64,000 nt of DNA from Candidatus Effluviviaceae Genus V sp. (lineage in GTDB: Bacteria; Joyebacterota; Joyebacteria; Joyebacterales; Joyebacteraceae), in the NCBI GenBank assembly GCA_014728125.1, contig WJMD01000014.1:2202-66201 (forward strand), given 5' to 3'. Under the pieces are notes generated by a model, which worked only from the letters and a program-made list of their open reading frames with translations, ran no database searches and was not told where the DNA came from. Of this stretch, positions 1 to 8,175 are shown piece by piece (within the stretch, counting starts at the first letter, position 1; every line of letters begins with the position of its first letter). A program made the translations under genes and the position numbers.

Positions 1-430
1 GTGCGTCGGTCACGCGGATGTTGCGGACGATGATGTCGTGCGCCTCCTTGATGTCGAGGAGCGCACCGTAGATGCCGCCGTGCGCCGCCGTGATCGTGAT
101 GCCGGGGGCCGGCGCGTCGGTCGCGTCGATCGTCAGATGGTGTCCCGAGATCCGGAGCGTCTTCTCGAGCGGAATCGTCCCGCCCACGGCGAACGTCACG
201 ACCCGGTGCGACACCGGTCCCTCGACCGCATCCCGAAGCGTGCCGGGACCGTCGTCGGCGAGCGAGGTGACGACGTACGCCTCGCCGCCCTCGCCTCCTG
301 TCGTGTCCGAACCGAATCCCTCGATCGGTCTGTCGGGGAACGCCGCCCCGGCCGTACCGGCGACGAGGAGCGCCGCCGCCAGAGTCCATGCCGCCACGTG
401 TGTAGAGCCTCTCATCCCATTCCTCACCAT
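1..430 (-). CDS. Secreted protein, N-terminal fragment (continues beyond window start); possible right-handed beta-helix/pectate-lyase-like fold
   Basis: Reverse-strand reading from ATG (rc of 428-430) gives MVRNGMRGSTHVAAWTLAAALLVAGTAGAAF..., a typical signal peptide. GGAGGAG RBS sits 4 nt upstream. The frame stays open to position 1. Not in the ORF track because it lacks an in-window stop. Confidence 0.5.
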   Translation of the reverse strand, partial: MVRNGMRGSTHVAAWTLAAALLVAGTAGAAFPDRPIEGFGSDTTGGEGGEAYVVTSLADDGPGTLRDAVEGPVSHRVVTFAVGGTIPLEKTLRISGHHLTIDATDAPAPGITITAAHGGIYGALLDIKEAHDIIVRNIRVTDA

Positions 431-626
431 GGTGCTCCTCCCTTCGGCCTCCCGGGCGCGTCAATCTAGCGTGTCTTGTTGCGTTTTGCAAGAAGCGTTC
501 CCCGTGACAGTCTCCTCGCGGCGTCCGCTTGACCCCTGTGAGCCCCGGCCCTACACTCGGGAGACGCGCTTCGTGACGCCGCGCCCGGTCGGACGGGTCG
601 GCGCGCGGAGGAAGGGGGGAGTTCGA

Positions 627-1718
627 GTGGCCACACAGGACGCGCCGCGGCTTCCGTTCTCGAAGATCCGCAGGGCGGCGGCGATATTCGTGCTCGGGAG
701 CATCGCGATCCTCGCGGTCACGCTGGTTCTGACCACGGACGAGACCACCTGGGAAGGCGTGGTCTCGTTCGGGGCGGTGCTCATCGTCGTCCTGTTCGTC
801 GTTCAGCTCATGAGGATGGTGCTCGAGGCGCTGGGCCTTCTTGTGCTCCTCCGGGCGTCCGGAGAGCCGGGCGTGACCTTTCTCGAGTCGCTCGAACTGA
901 CGGTCGAGGGCTACTTCGTAGGTCAGCTGATCCCGTTGAGCGCGGCCGGCGTGCCGTACCAGGCCTATCTCCTGGTGCGGAAAGGAGTGAGGGCCGGATG
1001 GGCCTCGGCCGCCGTCCTCGTCAAGGGGTTCATCCCGGGGCTCTTCTTTCTCGGCGTCCTGCTTGTCGTGGCGGGGCTCCTCGCGCTGGGGTGGGAGGGC
1101 CCCCCCTCGACGCTCGCCTTCCTCAAGATCGTCGCTCCCATCTCCGCCATCCCGACGGGGCTCGTCGTCGCGCTGTTCGTGATCATGGTCAGGAAGCCGA
1201 AGCTCTTCGACAGCTTCGTGGACCACGTGACCCGGTTCCTCTCCAGGCGCTTCAAGGGACGCGGCCGGGAGAAGGTGCTCCAGGCGCGCGACGAGATCGA
1301 GGAGGAGTCGCGTATCTTCCGCAGCGCGCTCAGCACGCTCGGGCGCGAGCGGCGATGGACGCTCGTCTGGGGATCGATCCTGGTCGTCGTGGCCTTCATC
1401 TGCGAGTTCGTCGTCGGGCTCGTCATCCTCCTGGGATTCGGCTACGATGGTCCGCTCGTCGAGCCCCTGGTGCTCCAGAGCGTCCTCAAGCCGATCCTGA
1501 CGGCCTCACCGACGCCGGGCTCGCTGGCGATCGGGGAGGGCGGCTACATCGGCTTCTTCGCGGTCTACCTGCCCGAGTCGTTCGTCGGCGTCTCGCTTCT
1601 GCTCTGGCGGCTCGTGCTCTACTTCGCCCCGATGTTCATCGGCGGTCTGATGGTCGCGAAGCGTGTCGGACTCGGGAGGTTCTCGAAGAGTCCCGCGACG
1701 CCGAGCGAGCAGGAGTGA
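627..1718 (+). CDS. Flippase-like/UPF0104 (lysylphosphatidylglycerol-synthase TM-region-like) integral membrane protein
   Basis: Within ORF 72..1718. GTG at 627 is preceded by GGAGGAAGGGGGGA. The product has multiple hydrophobic helices (AIFVLGSIAILAVTLVL, LFFLGVLLVVAGLLALGW, LVWGSILVVVAFICEFVVGLVILL). The segment upstream of 627 is P/S-rich with no membrane character. Confidence 0.55.
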   Translation: MATQDAPRLPFSKIRRAAAIFVLGSIAILAVTLVLTTDETTWEGVVSFGAVLIVVLFVVQLMRMVLEALGLLVLLRASGEPGVTFLESLELTVEGYFVGQLIPLSAAGVPYQAYLLVRKGVRAGWASAAVLVKGFIPGLFFLGVLLVVAGLLALGWEGPPSTLAFLKIVAPISAIPTGLVVALFVIMVRKPKLFDSFVDHVTRFLSRRFKGRGREKVLQARDEIEEESRIFRSALSTLGRERRWTLVWGSILVVVAFICEFVVGLVILLGFGYDGPLVEPLVLQSVLKPILTASPTPGSLAIGEGGYIGFFAVYLPESFVGVSLLLWRLVLYFAPMFIGGLMVAKRVGLGRFSKSPATPSEQE

Positions 1719-1794
1719 CGGGCGCGAGAGCGGACGGTCGCCGGTCGCCGCGGCGACGAACACGGCTTTCTTGCCTCGGGAACGGGAAATCCGC

Positions 1795-1823
1795 TTGACC
1801 AGTTCAGCAAGTGGACGTATCAT
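1795..1823 (+). promoter_or_regulatory. Sigma70-like promoter (TTGACC-17nt-TATCAT) in the intergenic region upstream of rsmC-like gene
   Basis: TTGACC at 1795-1800, a 17-nt spacer, then TATCAT at 1818-1823. Confidence 0.4.
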
Positions 1824-1952
1824 CCCACACGAAGGACGGAAGTCACGGGTCGACCTCCCCGGTCGGCCTTGACATAGATTCAAGACGGTCCCATACGACC
1901 GCGTGCCGTCGACACTGCTCTCGAACGCTGGACGATCCACTCCAGCTCGCGG

Positions 1953-1988
1953 ATGCCCCGCTCAGGCAGGCGGGGCATTCTTTCTCTC
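1953..1988 (+). terminator. Intrinsic terminator-like hairpin (ATGCCCCGC/GCGGGGCAT stem, T-rich tail TCTTTCTCTC)
   Basis: A perfect 9-bp GC-rich stem with an 8-nt loop is followed by a pyrimidine/T-rich run. It lies about 130 nt downstream of the 1795 promoter and 75 nt upstream of the rsmC-like start. Confidence 0.45.
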
Positions 1989-2064
1989 GGGAGACACTCG
2001 AGCCGACGGCTGCTGACCGCACCGGTGACCGCGCGTGCGGTCTCCCGGGACTTGAGGAACCTGC

Positions 2065-3240
2065 ATGGACAGAACCTCCTACGAGATCACCGCGTCCCTG
2101 AAGCACGGCGAGAGGACCTTCCGGTCGGCCGGCGGGCTCTTCTCGAAGAACAGGATCGCCAAGTCGACATCGCTGCTCGTCAACGCCATCTCGCCCGGGC
2201 CCGGCAACCGCATCCTCGATTACGGCTGCGGCTACGGCGCCGTCGGCATCGCGCTCGCCGACTCGGCTCCCGGGCTCGACATCCAGATGGTCGACTCCGA
2301 CATCCGCGCGGTGAGACTGGCGCAGCGGAACACGCGGGCGAACGAGGTGCGCAACGCTCACGTCCTGCTCGACCACACGCTCAACCGCTTCCCCAACGGT
2401 TCGTTCAACATCGTCGCTCTGAACCCTCCCGTGGACGACGGGACCGAGCTCATCTTCGAGATGATCGAGCGGGCCCAGCCCAAGCTCCGGCACGGCGGCT
2501 TCTTCTTCCTTGTGGCCAAGTCGAGCCGCGGCGCGCGAAGCTACATGAAGAAGCTGACGCGGACGGTCGGCCCGGCAAAGGTCGTCAAGCGCAGCGGCGG
2601 CTACTGGGTGATGCGGGCGGAGCGCAGCCCCATCCGTCCTCCGGAAGTCGTCGAACTCTCTCGATACGAACACACGGTCGAGGGGATCCTCCGCGGCCGG
2701 AAGTACAGCTTCAGAACGCGCGCGGGCATCTTCTCGCGGAAGGCCATCGACGACGGCACCGCGCTCCTCATCGAGTCGATCGATGTGCGTCCGCGGCACT
2801 CCGTCATCGACATAGGCTGCGGTTACGGTCCGATCGGGATCGTGTGCGCGCACCTGGCATCGGTCGGCCGCGTCGTCATGGTCGACTGTGACGCGAGGGC
2901 GGTGGAGTACGCCGACCTCAACATCCGGTCGCACCACCTCAACCACGCGCGGAAGAACGGCAAGCCGCGGGTCGAGGCCGTCCTCGGCGACCGGTTCGAC
3001 GCGGTCCCCGGCGAGCGCTTCGACCGCGTCGTCTCGAACCCGCCGTTCCACGCGGGCGTCGACGTCCTCCATCCGCTCGTCGAGGAGGCGCACCAGCATC
3101 TCCGGATCCACGGTCGGATGTACCTGGTTCTGATGCGCTACCGCGGCGTCCTCAAGCAGATGCGGCGCGTCTTCGGGAACGCCGCGGTCGTGGCGGAGGG
3201 CGAGAAGCACGTCGTCGTGATGTCCGAGAGGACGCGCTGA
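2065..3240 (+). CDS. rsmC: rRNA (guanine-N2)-methyltransferase, RsmC/RlmG family (tandem methyltransferase small domains)
   Basis: There are two consecutive MTase small domains, each with a GCGYG SAM motif (DYGCGYGAVG and DIGCGYGPIG). The C-terminal domain has the NPPFH catalytic motif (VVSNPPFHAG); the N-terminal domain has the degenerate NPPV. Confidence 0.7.
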   Translation: MDRTSYEITASLKHGERTFRSAGGLFSKNRIAKSTSLLVNAISPGPGNRILDYGCGYGAVGIALADSAPGLDIQMVDSDIRAVRLAQRNTRANEVRNAHVLLDHTLNRFPNGSFNIVALNPPVDDGTELIFEMIERAQPKLRHGGFFFLVAKSSRGARSYMKKLTRTVGPAKVVKRSGGYWVMRAERSPIRPPEVVELSRYEHTVEGILRGRKYSFRTRAGIFSRKAIDDGTALLIESIDVRPRHSVIDIGCGYGPIGIVCAHLASVGRVVMVDCDARAVEYADLNIRSHHLNHARKNGKPRVEAVLGDRFDAVPGERFDRVVSNPPFHAGVDVLHPLVEEAHQHLRIHGRMYLVLMRYRGVLKQMRRVFGNAAVVAEGEKHVVVMSERTR

Positions 3241-3364
3241 CCGCTCCCCGCCGTCCGGCCGCCGATCGGAGACCGGAGTCCGGACCGGGATCCCTCGATC
3301 CCCGGATTCCTCTGCAGTTGTCGTCTCCCGCGGCCTGGAGCCTCTACTGAGCAGCCGTTCAGCG

Positions 3365-3393
3365 TTGACCCTCCCGACCTGCCGTGATAGACT
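3365..3393 (+). promoter_or_regulatory. Sigma70-like promoter (TTGACC-17-TAGACT) about 270 nt upstream of gdhA
   Basis: TTGACC at 3365-3370, a 17-nt spacer, then TAGACT at 3388-3393. A long GC-rich structured leader follows. Confidence 0.35.
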
Positions 3394-3660
3394 CCATCGT
3401 TACGCTCATTACCATGAGATGAACTCAGGAAACGCCCCGGGGTGGAGACATCCGGGGGCATTCCATGCCGCACCGACCCGGGACGGCGGCCGGGCCGACG
3501 ACGGCCGGAGCAGGTCCGGAATCCCGGGGTCGGTGTTCGAAAGGAGGCCCTCCGAAGCAGTACGATGTTCGACCGGTGTGGGCCCACAGCGGGCCCGGTG
3601 GCGGACGGGAGAGCCCGTCCGGTAGTTCAGTTCCTCACGTTCCAGCAGGAGGAGTGAAGA

Positions 3661-5028
3661 ATGGCGAGAGCCGCTGCGTGTGATGCCTTCCTTGATGGCG
3701 TCAAGGCGAAGAACCCGGCGCAGGACGAGTTCCACCAGGCGGTGTGCGAGGTCGTGGAGACGATCTGGCCCGTCCTCGACCAGCGCCCCGAGTACCGCAA
3801 GGCCAAGATCATCGAGCGGATCGTCGAGCCCGAGCGCATCATCATGTTCCGCGTTCCGTGGGTCGACGACTCCGGCGATGTCCATGTGAACCGTGGCTAC
3901 CGGATCGAGATGAACAGCGCGATCGGTCCCTACAAGGGCGGCCTCAGGTTCCACCCGAGCGTCAACCTCGGCATCCTCAAGTTCCTGGCCTTCGAGCAGG
4001 TTTTCAAGAACAGCCTGACGACGCTCCCGATGGGCGGCGGCAAGGGCGGTTCGGACTTCGATCCGAAGGGCAAGAGCGACACCGAGGTCATGCGCTTCTG
4101 CCAGGCCTTCATGAGCGAGCTGTTCCGTCACATCGGTCCGAACACCGACGTGCCGGCCGGTGACATCGGCGTCGGCGGCCGCGAGATCGGCTTCCTCTAC
4201 GGCCAGTACCGGAAGCTCACGAACGAGTTCACCGGCGTACTGACCGGCAAGGGCCGGAACTGGGGCGGCAGCCTCATCCGTCCCGAGGCGACGGGCTACG
4301 GCGCCGTCTACTTCGCGCAGGAGATGCTCGGAACCCGCGGCGAGGACCTCAAGGGCAAGACCTGCCTGGTCTCCGGCTCGGGCAACGTTGCGCAGTTCGC
4401 CTGCGAGAAGCTCCTCGACTTCGGCGCGAAGCCGGTCACGTTGTCCGACTCGTCCGGCTACATCTACGACGAGGAGGGCATCGACCGCGACAAGCTCGCG
4501 TTCGTCATGGAGCTCAAGAACGTCAAGCGCGGCCGCATCAAGGAGTACGCGGCGAAGTACTCGAACGCCGTCTATACCGAGCGCGATGCGAGCGCCGATC
4601 ACAACCCGCTCTGGAACCACAAGGCCGACTGCGCCTTCCCGAGCGCGACCCAGAACGAGATCAGCGAGAAGGACGCCCAGAACCTGGTCTCGAACGGCGT
4701 CTACGTCGTCTCCGAGGGCGCGAACATGCCGACGGTCCCCGAGGGCATCGAGATCTTCCTCGACAAGAAGATCCTCTACGGCCCCGGCAAGGCCGCGAAC
4801 GCCGGCGGCGTCGCCGTCTCCGGCCTCGAGATGAGCCAGAACAGCCTGAGGCTCTCCTGGACGCGCGAGGAGGTCGACAACCGCCTGCAGGGCATCATGA
4901 AGTCGATCCACTCGGCCGCCTTCGAGACCTCGAAGGAGTTCGGGGACGAGGGGAACTACGTCATGGGTGCGAACATCGCCGGCTTCATCAAGGTCGCCGA
5001 CTCGATGCTCGACCAGGGCGTCATCTAG
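3661..5028 (+). CDS. gdhA: NADP-specific glutamate dehydrogenase
   Basis: Hallmark GDH motifs are present: GPYKGGLRFHPSVN, LPMGGGKGGSDFDPKGKS, and the NAD(P) fold GSGNVAQFACEKL. AGGAGGAG RBS upstream. Confidence 0.95.
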   Translation: MARAAACDAFLDGVKAKNPAQDEFHQAVCEVVETIWPVLDQRPEYRKAKIIERIVEPERIIMFRVPWVDDSGDVHVNRGYRIEMNSAIGPYKGGLRFHPSVNLGILKFLAFEQVFKNSLTTLPMGGGKGGSDFDPKGKSDTEVMRFCQAFMSELFRHIGPNTDVPAGDIGVGGREIGFLYGQYRKLTNEFTGVLTGKGRNWGGSLIRPEATGYGAVYFAQEMLGTRGEDLKGKTCLVSGSGNVAQFACEKLLDFGAKPVTLSDSSGYIYDEEGIDRDKLAFVMELKNVKRGRIKEYAAKYSNAVYTERDASADHNPLWNHKADCAFPSATQNEISEKDAQNLVSNGVYVVSEGANMPTVPEGIEIFLDKKILYGPGKAANAGGVAVSGLEMSQNSLRLSWTREEVDNRLQGIMKSIHSAAFETSKEFGDEGNYVMGANIAGFIKVADSMLDQGVI

Positions 5029-5077
5029 CCCGTCACACCACGGCGGGTCGCGTCAATGATCCGCCGGACAACGAAGA

Positions 5078-5118
5078 GGGGGTCGGCATCCTCACTGCCG
5101 ACCCCCTTCTTCTTCTCT
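5078..5118. terminator. Bidirectional intrinsic terminator between convergent gdhA and the receiver-kinase gene
   Basis: An 11-bp stem GGGGGTCGGCA / TGCCGACCCCC with loop TCCTCAC is followed by TTCTTCTTCTCT. Confidence 0.6.
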
Positions 5119-5173
5119 GTACGTGTTGTCGGGCCGCGCCCCGGGGCAAAGCTCCCCGATCGCGCCCGCCTCC

Positions 5174-8167
5174 TCACCCGTCCGTCTTCCGTCCGTCCTT
5201 CCCCGGCTTCAGGATGACCCCGTGCCGGTCGGTGCTGTTGACGAGGATGCGGAGCGGCTCCTCGAGCCTGATGTGCCTCAGGTACCCGGTCTCCTCCTCG
5301 GCCGGCTGATTGTCGAGCCACTCGCTGTCGAGCGACGAGTGTTCGTCCTCCGGGCGCACCGTCAGGTACGCGATCCCGAACGAGGTGATGTTCTGGAAGA
5401 AGTGCGAGCCCTGGGACGGGTCGACCGCGATGTCGGGCATGTCGGTCTCGACGATCGCGCCGACCCCGGCGATCTGGCGCCAGCTGACGGGGATCCCGAG
5501 CCAGCGGTCCGCGCTTCCCCAGCGACCGGGACCGATGAGCAGGTACGTGCGCCCGGCGTCCCGGAGGGACCGGTCGAGCTTCCCGACCTCATCGGCGATC
5601 CTGACGGTCGCGTTCCGATCGAACGTGTCCGGGCGTACGTACACGATGTCGGTTATGCCCTCGGCCGCGCCGTGCCCGAGCGAGCTGCCGGACGAGCAGA
5701 GCACGTCGTCGCTGTCGATGCCGGAGAGGTCGATCTCCTCGGTCGAGGCCTCGAGGACGAGGGGCCTGATCTGGAGGAACGAGAACTCGTGGGGTCCGTC
5801 CTCGTTGAGCATGACCGCGAACTCGATCTCTACGTGGCACGTGAAGCCCGACTTCCCGACCTCCATCAGGAAAGCCAGCGTCTCCGGCAGCGGAAAACGG
5901 TCGCCCGAGAGCAGCCCGGCCATCGTGACGAGCTTGACCCCCGGCCTGCCCGAGCCGTCGTAGATGCGCTCGCTCTCCGGAACGTAGACCGAGCCGACGG
6001 GGAGGAAGGTCCCGTGTTCAGAGGCTGCCTCGACATCGAGAAGCGTCAGGTTCGCCTCCGGCTCGTCGGTCGGCTTCCGGACGGGAGCCTTCTTCGTCAG
6101 GTCGAGGGCATAGAACTGACGCTGCGCGTTGTTCAGGTAGTCGTCCGGCGTCGAGAACTGATAGAGCGCCCGGGGCTTCACCGGGGAGAACCGGATGCAG
6201 CGGCCCCCCTCGACAACGGTCTTCCCCATCCCGAGGGCGACGCAGGCGACGCCGTCCTCCGGCTCGATCCGCTTGATGGGATAGTGGTCGTACGTTCTGG
6301 CGACGCCCGCGGCGTTCGGATAGACGACGTCGCCGTGCCTCCGCCCCGTGATCTGCTGGATGACGACCGCCATCTTCTCCTCCTCGAGGCGGTTCGTCGT
6401 CGACTCGATGTAGCTCTTCGAGTCGGCCGAGTAGGTCGAGGCGTAGACCAGCCTGATCGCGCGGCAGAGTTCGTCGAGCCGCACCTCGAGGTCGTCGTGC
6501 GTGTTCGGGAGCATGTAGGTCTGGTAGATCCCGGCGAACGGCTGGTACGAGGAATCCTCGAAGAGGCTCGACGACCTGACCGCCAGGGGATACCGGACGC
6601 GCGAGAGAAAGGCCCGGAGCTCGCTGATGGTCTCCTCGGGAAGACGGGCGGCGAGGAAGGCCGCGCGGATGGTCACGTCGTCGTCCTCGGAGAGCGCCAG
6701 GGACGTGAGTCCCGACGTCTCCATGAACCGGTCGAAGACGTCGGTCGCCACGACGGCGGTCTGCGGTACCGTGATCCGAACGCCCGGAATCTTGTCCTCG
6801 ATCTCGTAGGCGTCCAGGAGCGAGTTCATGAAAGCCAGCCCTCTGCCCTTGCCTCCCAGCGACCCGCGTCCGATGCGCGTGAACGAAGTCTCTGCCTCGA
6901 AGGTCTCGCTGGAGAACTCCTCGACCAGACCGGCCCGGGCCCGGAATCTGTGTTCCTTGAGCGCTCGGAGGAGGTACTCCCGGAGTTCCTCGGAGGAGTC
7001 GAACTCGTCCGCGGCGATCGCCCGGAGCGCCTTGGCCAGGTCGAACTCGGTCCGGGCCATCAGCCAGGTCGAGAAGTCGTTGCGCCGGGCGTGGTACATG
7101 AGGGACTCGTCGGGGACGGTTCGCACCAGCTCGACGAGTCTCCTGAGGTCGCCGGCTCGCGCGACCTCCGTGCCGTCGGGCGTCCGGAAGATGAAGTCGC
7201 CGAACCCCAGATGGTCCCGCATGAAGGCGCGGACATCGTGCATCAGTGTCGGCGACGTCTTCTGAAGGAACGTGGCCCCGACGCTGAAGGCCTCCTCCGT
7301 GCAGGTCCGGGTCGTCGACTGGATGAGCACCGGCGTCGTCGGGTCGTGCTCCTTGACCATGGACGCGAAGGCTACGCCGGCCATGTCGTCCAGCTCGCCG
7401 TCCTTCGGGAATCGCGCGTCGACGATGACGCCGAGCATGTCCCCGCGGGCCTTCTCGTAGATCGCACGTCCCTCCTCGAAGGTCGTGGCGAGCAGGATCT
7501 TGGGGCGGGCCCGCATCCGCATGAGCTGCTGCATGCGGTTGACGCCCTCCGACATGAGGGCCTGCGTCTGCTCCATGATCTCGCCGTAGAGCATCGGCAG
7601 GTAGGCGGAGTAGAAGCGGACAGAGTCCTCCACGAGCAGGATGCTCATGACGCCGGCCGTCGCCGCGTCGTGCGCGCGGTTCATCCGGTCCTCGGCCCAC
7701 TTGATGATGGCGAGGAAGACCCGGGCGTCGCCGAGCCACACGAAGATGCGGTCGACGCACGAGAGGTCCTCCCGCGCCTTGAGAAGCGAGAGCTCTCTCG
7801 TGTCGTAGGCGAGGAGAACGACCGGGAGGTCGGACGAGTGGCTCTTGATGAGCCTGCCGAACTCGAAGACGTCCATGTCGCCGACGCGCGGCATCGTGAT
7901 GATGAGGTCGGGGTCGATCTCCTGTACCCGCTCGATGGCCTCGCGCGCGGTCGACACGCGGAAGATCGTCGGGGCGGAGCTCAGGTTCAGCTCCTGATAC
8001 TCGGTGAAGAGCATCTCGCCGAGGTTGCCGTCCTCCTGGAACGTGAACGAGTCGTACAGGCTCGACACCAGGAGAATGCGGCGCACGCGCCCCGGCATGA
8101 GATCGGAGAACGGCACGCGCTTACGCTCGATCGCCCCCGCGATCTCCTCGAGTGGTCTGAATCCCAC
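5174..8167 (-). CDS. Multidomain phosphotransferase: pseudo-receiver + receiver (REC) + PEP-synthase/PPDK-type ATP-grasp nucleotide-binding domain + C-terminal PEP-utilising swivelling phosphohistidine domain (PEP synthase / rifampin-phosphotransferase-like, lacks the PEP/pyruvate TIM barrel)
   Basis: REC1 (RILLVSSLYDS...DLIITMPRV) lacks the acidic pocket and the acceptor Asp. REC2 (ILLVEDS...GVIVDARFPKDGELDD...PVLIQSTT...FLQKT) is canonical. PPDK_N-type motif GRGSLGGKGRGLAFMNSL is present. The C-terminal segment GAIVETDMPDIAVDPSQGSHFFQN resembles the PEP-utilizer phospho-His segment. Start chosen is GTG 8167 (GGGGG 4 nt upstream); the alternative is ATG 8098. The ORF-track Met at 8326 would overlap the upstream gene by 150 bp. 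Confidence 0.65.
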   Translation of the reverse strand: MGFRPLEEIAGAIERKRVPFSDLMPGRVRRILLVSSLYDSFTFQEDGNLGEMLFTEYQELNLSSAPTIFRVSTAREAIERVQEIDPDLIITMPRVGDMDVFEFGRLIKSHSSDLPVVLLAYDTRELSLLKAREDLSCVDRIFVWLGDARVFLAIIKWAEDRMNRAHDAATAGVMSILLVEDSVRFYSAYLPMLYGEIMEQTQALMSEGVNRMQQLMRMRARPKILLATTFEEGRAIYEKARGDMLGVIVDARFPKDGELDDMAGVAFASMVKEHDPTTPVLIQSTTRTCTEEAFSVGATFLQKTSPTLMHDVRAFMRDHLGFGDFIFRTPDGTEVARAGDLRRLVELVRTVPDESLMYHARRNDFSTWLMARTEFDLAKALRAIAADEFDSSEELREYLLRALKEHRFRARAGLVEEFSSETFEAETSFTRIGRGSLGGKGRGLAFMNSLLDAYEIEDKIPGVRITVPQTAVVATDVFDRFMETSGLTSLALSEDDDVTIRAAFLAARLPEETISELRAFLSRVRYPLAVRSSSLFEDSSYQPFAGIYQTYMLPNTHDDLEVRLDELCRAIRLVYASTYSADSKSYIESTTNRLEEEKMAVVIQQITGRRHGDVVYPNAAGVARTYDHYPIKRIEPEDGVACVALGMGKTVVEGGRCIRFSPVKPRALYQFSTPDDYLNNAQRQFYALDLTKKAPVRKPTDEPEANLTLLDVEAASEHGTFLPVGSVYVPESERIYDGSGRPGVKLVTMAGLLSGDRFPLPETLAFLMEVGKSGFTCHVEIEFAVMLNEDGPHEFSFLQIRPLVLEASTEEIDLSGIDSDDVLCSSGSSLGHGAAEGITDIVYVRPDTFDRNATVRIADEVGKLDRSLRDAGRTYLLIGPGRWGSADRWLGIPVSWRQIAGVGAIVETDMPDIAVDPSQGSHFFQNITSFGIAYLTVRPEDEHSSLDSEWLDNQPAEEETGYLRHIRLEEPLRILVNSTDRHGVILKPGKDGRKTDG

Positions 8168-8175
8168 GACGCCCC

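Noticed and set aside
72-626. N-terminal 185-codon extension of the membrane-protein ORF (start at 72)
   Set aside because: The extension is S/P/A-rich with no RBS and overlaps the convergent secreted-protein gene start region. GTG 627 with a strong GGAGG RBS begins the hydrophobic protein.
1843-3210. 455-aa minus-strand ORF antisense to the rsmC-like gene
   Set aside because: The plus strand has GCGYG/NPPF methyltransferase motifs. The antisense translation is low complexity.
3409-4911. 500-aa minus-strand ORF antisense to gdhA
   Set aside because: The opposite strand encodes an unmistakable glutamate dehydrogenase. The antisense product is low-complexity (A/L/R/G-rich), typical of high-GC artefacts.
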